The notes below the pieces were generated by a model, which saw only the letters and a program-made list of their open reading frames with translations, ran no database searches and was not told where the DNA came from. The position numbers were made by a program, and so were the translations under genes. Positions 56,301-64,000 of a DNA stretch of 64,000 nt are shown here, piece after piece. This DNA is from Eledone cirrhosa (taxonomy: Eukaryota). Positions within the stretch are counted from its first letter, which is position 1, and each line of letters starts with the position of its first letter. Location: contig OZ024747.1 in NCBI GenBank assembly GCA_964016885.1, positions 72,478,001 to 72,542,000 on the forward strand, in the 5' to 3' direction.

Positions 56301-59300
56301 CGATGTAGAGACATTCAAAAGAGACGACAATGTAGAGACACATTCAAAAGAGACGACAATGTAGAGACACATTGAAAAGAGACGACAATGTAGAAACATT
56401 CAAAAGAGACGACAATGTAGAGACACATTCAAAAGAGACGACAATATAGAGACGTTCAAAAGAGACGACAATATAGAGACATTCAAAAGAGACGACAATG
56501 TAGAGACATTCAAAAGAGACGACAATGTAGAAACACATTCAAAAGAGAAGACAATGTAGAGACATTCAAAAGAGACGACAATGTAGAGACACATTCAAAA
56601 GAGACGACAATGTAGAGACATTCAAAAGAGACGACAATACAGAGACACATTCAAAAGAGACGACAATGTAGAGACATTCAAAAGAGACGACAATGTAGAG
56701 ACATTCAAAAGAGACGACAATGTAGAGACATTCAAAAGAGACGACAATGTAGAGACACATTCAAAAGAGACGACAATGTAGAGACACATTCAAAAGAGAC
56801 GACAATATAGAGACATTCAAAAGAGACGACAATATAGAGACATTCAAAAGAGACGACAATGTAGAAACACATTCAAAAGAGATGACAATGTAGAGACATT
56901 CAAAAGAGACGACAATGTAGAGACACATTCAAAAGAGACGACAATGTAGAGACATTCAAAAGAGACGACAATGTAGAGACACATTCAAAAGAGACGACAA
57001 TATAGAGACATTCAAAAGAGACGACAATATAGAGACATTCAAAAGAGACGACAATGTAGAGACATTCAAAAGAGACGACAATGTAGAAACATTCAAAAGA
57101 GACGACAATGTAGAGACACATTCAAAAGAGACGACAATATAGAGACATTCAAAAGAGACGACGATGTAGAGACACATTCAAAAGAGACGACAATGTAGAG
57201 ACATTCAAAAGAGACGACAATGTAGAGACATTCAAAAGAGACGACAATGTAGAGACATTCAAAAGAGACGACAATGTAGAGACACATTCAAAAGAGACGA
57301 CAATGTAGCGACATTCAAAAGAGACGACAATGTAGAGACACATTCAAAAGAGACGACAATGTAGAGACATTCAAAAGAGACGACAATATAGAGACACATT
57401 CAAAAGAGACGACAATATAGAGACATTCAAAAGAGACGACAATGTAGAGACACATTCAAAAGAGACGACAATATAGAGACATTCAAAAGAGACGACAATA
57501 TAGAGACATTCGAAAGAGACGACAATGTAGAGACACATTCAAAAGAGACGACAATATAGAGACATTCAAAAGAGACAACAATATAGAGACATTCAAAAGA
57601 GACGACAATGTAGAGACACATTCAAAAGAGACGACGATGTAGAGACATTCAAAAGAGACGACAATGTAGAGACACATTCAAAAGAGACGACAATGTAGAG
57701 ACACATTGAAAAGAGACGACAATGTAGAAACATTCAAAAGAGACGACAATGTAGAGACACATTCAAAAGAGACGACAATATAGAGACGTTCAAAAGAGAC
57801 GACAATATAGAGACATTCAAAAGAGACGACAATGTAGAGACATTCAAAAGAGACGACAATGTAGAAACACATTCAAAAGAGAAGACAATGTAGAAAACAT
57901 TCAAAAGAGACGACAATGTAGAGACACATTCAAAAGAGACGACAATGTAGAGACATTCAAAAGAGACGACAATATAGAGACACATTCAAAAGAGACGACA
58001 ATGTAGAGACATTCAAAAGAGACGACAATGTAGAGACATTCAAAAGAGACGACAATGTAGAGACATTCAAAAGAGACGACAATGTAGAAACACATTCAAA
58101 AGAGACGACAATGTAGAGACACATTCAAAAGAGACGACAATGTAGAGACATTCAAAAGAGACGACAATGTAGAGACATTCAAAAGAGACGACAATGTAGA
58201 GACATTCAAAAGAGACGACAATGTAGAAACATTCAAAAGAGACGACAATGTAGAGACACATTCAAAAGAGACGACAATATAGAGACATTCAAAAGAGACG
58301 ACAATATAGAGACATTCAAAAGAGACGACAATGTAGAAACACATTCAAAAGAGACGACAATGTAGAGACATTCAAAAGAGACGACAATGTAGAGACACAT
58401 TCAAAAGAGACGACAATGTACAGACACATTCAAAAGAGATGACAATATAGAGACACATTCAAAAGAGACGACAATGTAGAGACATTCAAAAGAGACGACA
58501 ATGTAGAGACATTCAAAAGAGACGACAATGTAGAGACATTCAAAAGAGACGACAATGTAGAGACACATTCAAAAGAGACGACAATGTACAGACACATTCA
58601 AAAGAGACGACAATATAGAGACATTCAAAAGAGACGACAATATAGAGACATTCAAAAGAGACGACAATGTAGAAACACATTCAAAAGAGATGACAATGTA
58701 GAGACATTCAAAAGAGATGACAATGTAGAGACACATTCAAAAGAGACGACAATGTAGAGACATTCAAAAGAGACGACAATGTAGAGACACATTCAAAAGA
58801 GACGACAATATAGAGACATTCAAAAGAGACGACAATATAGAGACATTCAAAAGAGACGACAATGTAGAGACATTCAAAAGAGACGACAATGTAGAAACAT
58901 TCAAAAGAGACGACAATGTAGAGACACATTCAAAAGAGACGACAATATAGAGACATTCAAAAGAGACGACGATGTAGAGACACATTCAAAAGAGACGACA
59001 ATGTAGAGACATTCAAAAGAGACGACAATGTAGAGACATTCAAAAGAGACGACAATGTAGAGACATTCAAAAGAGACGACAATGTAGAGACACATTCAAA
59101 AGAGACGACAATGTAGCGACATTCAAAAGAGACGACAATGTAGAGACACATTCAAAAGAGACGACAATGTAGAGACATTCAAAAGAGACGACAATATAGA
59201 GACACATTCAAAAGAGACGACAATATAGAGACATTCAAAAGAGACGACAATGTAGAGACACATTCAAAAGAGACGACAATATAGAGACATTCAAAAGAGA

Positions 59301-62300
59301 CGACAATATAGAGACATTCGAAAGAGACGACAATGTAGAGACACATTCAAAAGAGACGACAATATAGAGACATTCAAAAGAGACGACAATATAGAGACAT
59401 TCAAAAGAGACGACAATGTAGAGACACATTCAAAAGAGACGACGATGTAGAGACATTCAAAAGAGACGACAATGTAGAGACACATTCAAAAGAGACGACA
59501 ATGTAGAGACACATTGAAAAGAGACGACAATGTAGAAACATTCAAAAGAGACGACAATGTAGAGACACATTCAAAAGAGACGACAATATAGAGACGTTCA
59601 AAAGAGACGACAATATAGAGACATTCAAAAGAGACGACAATGTAGAGACATTCAAAAGAGACGACAATGTAGAAACACATTCAAAAGAGAAGACAATGTA
59701 GAAAACATTCAAAAGAGACGACAATGTAGAGACACATTCAAAAGAGACGACAATGTAGAGACATTCAAAAGAGACGACAATATAGAGACACATTCAAAAG
59801 AGACGACAATGTAGAGACATTCAAAAGAGACGACAATGTAGAGACATTCAAAAGAGACGACAATGTAGAGACATTCAAAAGAGACGACAATGTAGAAACA
59901 CATTCAAAAGAGACGACAATGTAGAGACACATTCAAAAGAGACGACAATGTAGAGACATTCAAAAGAGACGACAATGTAGAGACATTCAAAAGAGACGAC
60001 AATGTAGAGACATTCAAAAGAGACGACAATGTAGAAACATTCAAAAGAGACGACAATGTAGAGACACATTCAAAAGAGACGACAATATAGAGACATTCAA
60101 AAGAGACGACAATATAGAGACATTCAAAAGAGACGACAATGTAGAAACACATTCAAAAGAGACGACAATGTAGAGACATTCAAAAGAGACGACAATGTAG
60201 AGACACATTCAAAAGAGACGACAATGTACAGACACATTCAAAAGAGATGACAATGTAGAGACACATTCAAAAGAGACGACAATGTAGAGCCATTCAAAAG
60301 AGACGATAATGTAGAGACACATTCAAAAGAGACGACAATGTAGAGACACATTCAAAAGAGACGACAATGTAGAGACACATTCAAAAGAGCGACAATGTAG
60401 AGACATTCAAAAGAGACGACAATGTAGAGACACATTCAAAAGAGACGACAATGTAGAGACATTCAAAAGAGACGACAATGTAGAGACACATTCAAAAGAG
60501 ACGACAATGTAGAGACACATTCAAAAGAGACGACAATATAGAGACATTCAAAAGAGACGACAATATAGAGACATTCAAAAGAGACGACAATGTAGAAACA
60601 CATTCAAAAGAGACGACAATGTAGAGACACATTCAAAAGAGACGACAATGTAGAGACACATTCAAAAGAGACGACAATATAGAGACATTCAAAATAGACG
60701 ACAATATAGAGACATTCAAAAGAGACGACAATGTAGAAACACATTCAAAAGAGACGACAATGTAGAGACATTCAAAAGAGACGACAATGTAGAGACACAT
60801 TCAAAAGAGACGACAATGTAGAGACATTCAAAAGAGACGACAATGTAGAGACACATTCAAAAGAGACGACAATGTAGAGACATTCAAAAGAGACGACAAT
60901 GTAGAGACACATTCAAAAGAGACGACAATATAGAGACATTCAAAAGAGACGACAATATAGAGACATTCAAAAGAGACGACAATGTAGAGACACATTCAAA
61001 AGAGCCGACGATGTAGAGACATTCAAAAGAGACGACAATGTAGAGACACATTCAAAAGAGACGACAATATAGAGACATTCAAAAGAGACGACAATGTAGA
61101 GACATTCAAAAGAGACGACAATATAGAGACATTCAAAAGAGACGACAATGTAGAAACACATTCAAAAGAGACGTCAATGTAGAGACACATTCAAAAGAGA
61201 CGACAATGTAGAGACACATTCAAAAGAGACGACATTGTAGAAACATTCAAAAGAGACGACAATGTAGAGACACATTCAAAAGAGACGACAATATAGAGAC
61301 ATTCAAAAGAGACGACAATATAGAGACATTCAAAAGAGACGACAATGTAGAAACACATTCAAAGAGACGACAATGTAGAGACACATTCAAAAGAGACGAC
61401 AATGTAGAGACATGCAAAAGAGACGACAATGTAGAGACATTCAAAGGAGACGACAATGTAGAGACATTCAAAAGAGACGACAATGTAGAGACATTCAAAA
61501 GAGACGACAATATAGAGACACATTCAAAAGAGACGACAATGTAGAGACATTCAAAAGAGACGACAATGTAGAGACACATTAAAAATAGACGACAATGTAG
61601 AGACATTCAAAAGAGACGACAATGTAGAAACATTCAAAAGAGACGACAATGTAGAGACACATTCAAAAGAGACGACAATATAGAGACATTCAAAAGAGAC
61701 GACAATATAGAGACACATTAAAAAGAGACGACAATGTAGAGACATTCAAAAGAGACGACAATGTAGAGACACATTCAAAAGAGACGACAATGTAGAGACA
61801 TTCAAAAGAGACGACAATGTAGAGACATTCAAAAGAGACGACAATGTAGAGACACATTCAAAAGAGACGACAATGTAGAGACATTCTAAAGAGACGACAA
61901 TGTAGAGACATTCAAAAGAGACGACGATGTAGAGACACATTCAAAAGAGAAGACAATGTAGAGACATTCAAAAGAGACGACAATGTAGAGACACATTCAA
62001 AAGAGACGACAATGTAGAGACATTCAAAAGAGACGACAATGTAGAGACACTCAAAAGAGACGACAATGTAGAAACACATTCAAAAGAGAGGACAATGTAG
62101 AGACACATTCAAAAGAGACGACAATGTAGAGACATTCAAAAGACACGACAATGTAGAGAAATTCAAAAGAGACGACAATGTAGAGACATTCAAAAGAGAC
62201 GACAATGTAGAGACACATTCAAAAGAGACGACAATATAGAGACATTCAAAAGAGACGACAATATAGAGACATTCAAAAGAGACGACAATGTAGAGACACA

Positions 62301-64000
62301 TTCAAAAGAGCCGACGATGTAGAGACATTCAAAAGAGACGACAATGTAGAGACACATTCAAAAGAGACGACAATATAGAGACATTCAAAAGAGACGACAA
62401 TGTAGAGACATTCAAAAGAGACGACAATATAGAGACATTCAAAAGAGACGACAATGTAGAAACACATTCAAAAGAGACGTCAATGTAGAGACACATTCAA
62501 AAGAGACGACAATGTAGAGACACATTCAAAAGAGACGACATTGTAGAAACATTCAAAAGAGACGACAATGTAGAGACACATTCAAAAGAGACGACAATAT
62601 AGAGACATTCAAAAGAGACGACAATATAGAGACATTCAAAAGAGACGACAATGTAGAAACACATTCAAAAGAGACGACAATGTAGAGACACATTCAAAAG
62701 AGACGACAATGTAGAGACATTCAAAGGAGACGACAATGTAGAGACATTCAAAAGAGACGACAATGTAGAGACATTCAAAAGAGACGACAATATAGAGACA
62801 CATTCAAAAGAGACGACAATGTAGAGACATTCAAAAGAGACGACAATGTAGAGACACATTAAAAATAGACGACAATGTAGAGACATTCAAAAGAGACGAC
62901 AATGTAGAGACACATTCAAAAGAGACGACAATGTAGAGACACATTCAAAAGAGACGACAATATAGAGACATTCAAAAGAGACGACAATATAGAGACACAT
63001 TAAAAAGAGACGACAATGTAGAGACATTCAAAAGAGACGACAATGTAGAGACACATTCAAAAGAGACGACAATGTAGAGACATTCAAAAGAGACGACAAT
63101 GTAGAGACATTCAAAAGAGACGACAATGTAGAGACACATTCAAAAGAGACGACAATGTAGAGACATTCTAAAGAGACGACAATGTAGAGACATTCAAAAG
63201 AGACGACGATGTAGAGACACATTCAAAAGAGAAGACAATGTAGAGACATTCAAAAGAGACGACAATGTAGAGACACATTCAAAAGAGACGACAATGTAGA
63301 GACATTCAAAAGAGACGACAATATAGAGACACATTCAAAAGAGACGACAATGTAGAGACATTCAAAAGAGACGACAATGTAGAGACATTCAAAAGAGACG
63401 ACAATGTAGAAACACATTCAAAAGAGACGACAATGTAGAGACATTCAAAAGAGACGACAATGTAGAGACATTCAAAAGAGACGACAATGTAGAGACATTC
63501 AAAAGAGACGACAATTTAGAAACATTCAAAAGAGACGACAATGTAGAGACACATTCAAAAGAGACGACAATATAGAGACATTCAAAAGAGACGACGATGT
63601 AGCGACACATTCAAAAGAGACGACAATGTAGAGACATTCAAAAGAGACGACAACGTAGAGACATTCAAAAGAGACGACAATGTAGAGACACATTCAAAAG
63701 AGACGACAATGTAGAGACATTCAAAAGAGACGACAATATAGAGACACATTCAAAAGAGACGACAATGTAGAGACATTCAAAAGAGACGACAATATAGAGA
63801 CACATTCAAAAGAGACGACAATGTAGAGACATTCAAAAGAGACGACAATGTAGAGACACTCAAAAGAGACGACAATGTAGAAACACATTCAAAAGAGAGG
63901 ACAATGTAGAGACACATTCAAAAGAGACGACAATGTAGAGACATTCAAAAGAGACGACAATGTAGAGACATTCAAAAGAGACGACAATGTAGAGACATTC
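11314..64000. repeat. Large satellite array of 27/29-bp monomers TTCAAAAGAGACGACAAT(G/A)TAGAGACA(CA), continuing past the window end
   Basis: About 52.7 kb of head-to-tail monomers (~1,900 at ~28 bp average) in one orientation; I saw no foreign insertion. Confidence 0.99.

Noticed and set aside
11553-63610. Hundreds of short ORFs (CLYIVVSFE / VSTLSSLLN repeats)
   Set aside because: They are a by-product of the 27-bp monomer; 29-bp monomers shift frame constantly, so there is no coding constraint.
11314-64000. CRISPR array (27-29 bp repeat with a small hairpin)
   Set aside because: Monomers are directly adjacent with no unique spacers, there are no cas genes, and the context is eukaryotic.

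Overview
Eukaryotic, AT-rich, repeat-only window with no intact host gene. The SINE type and microsatellite load suggest a coleoid cephalopod such as Octopus (inference). Bases 1-11.3 kb are a retroelement graveyard embedded in (TA)n/(CA)n microsatellites. It holds two 5'-truncated, frameshifted Penelope-like elements (C-terminal GIY-YIG, CxCx5C linker; one retains the RT YRDD), four type-I hammerhead ribozyme folds from three sequence families (one with a ~100-nt stem II), an R4/Dong-type RLE LINE fragment, two RTE-like LINE 3' ends, tRNA-derived SINEs, a SINE B-box-derived minisatellite and a hairpin-packed MITE-like element. From ~11,314 to the window end is one uninterrupted head-to-tail satellite of roughly 1,900 monomers of 27 or 29 bp (TTCAAAAGAGACGACAATRTAGAGACA[CA]) with nested duplications at offsets of ~0.9-26 kb. 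The many short ORFs there are artefacts of the repeat.
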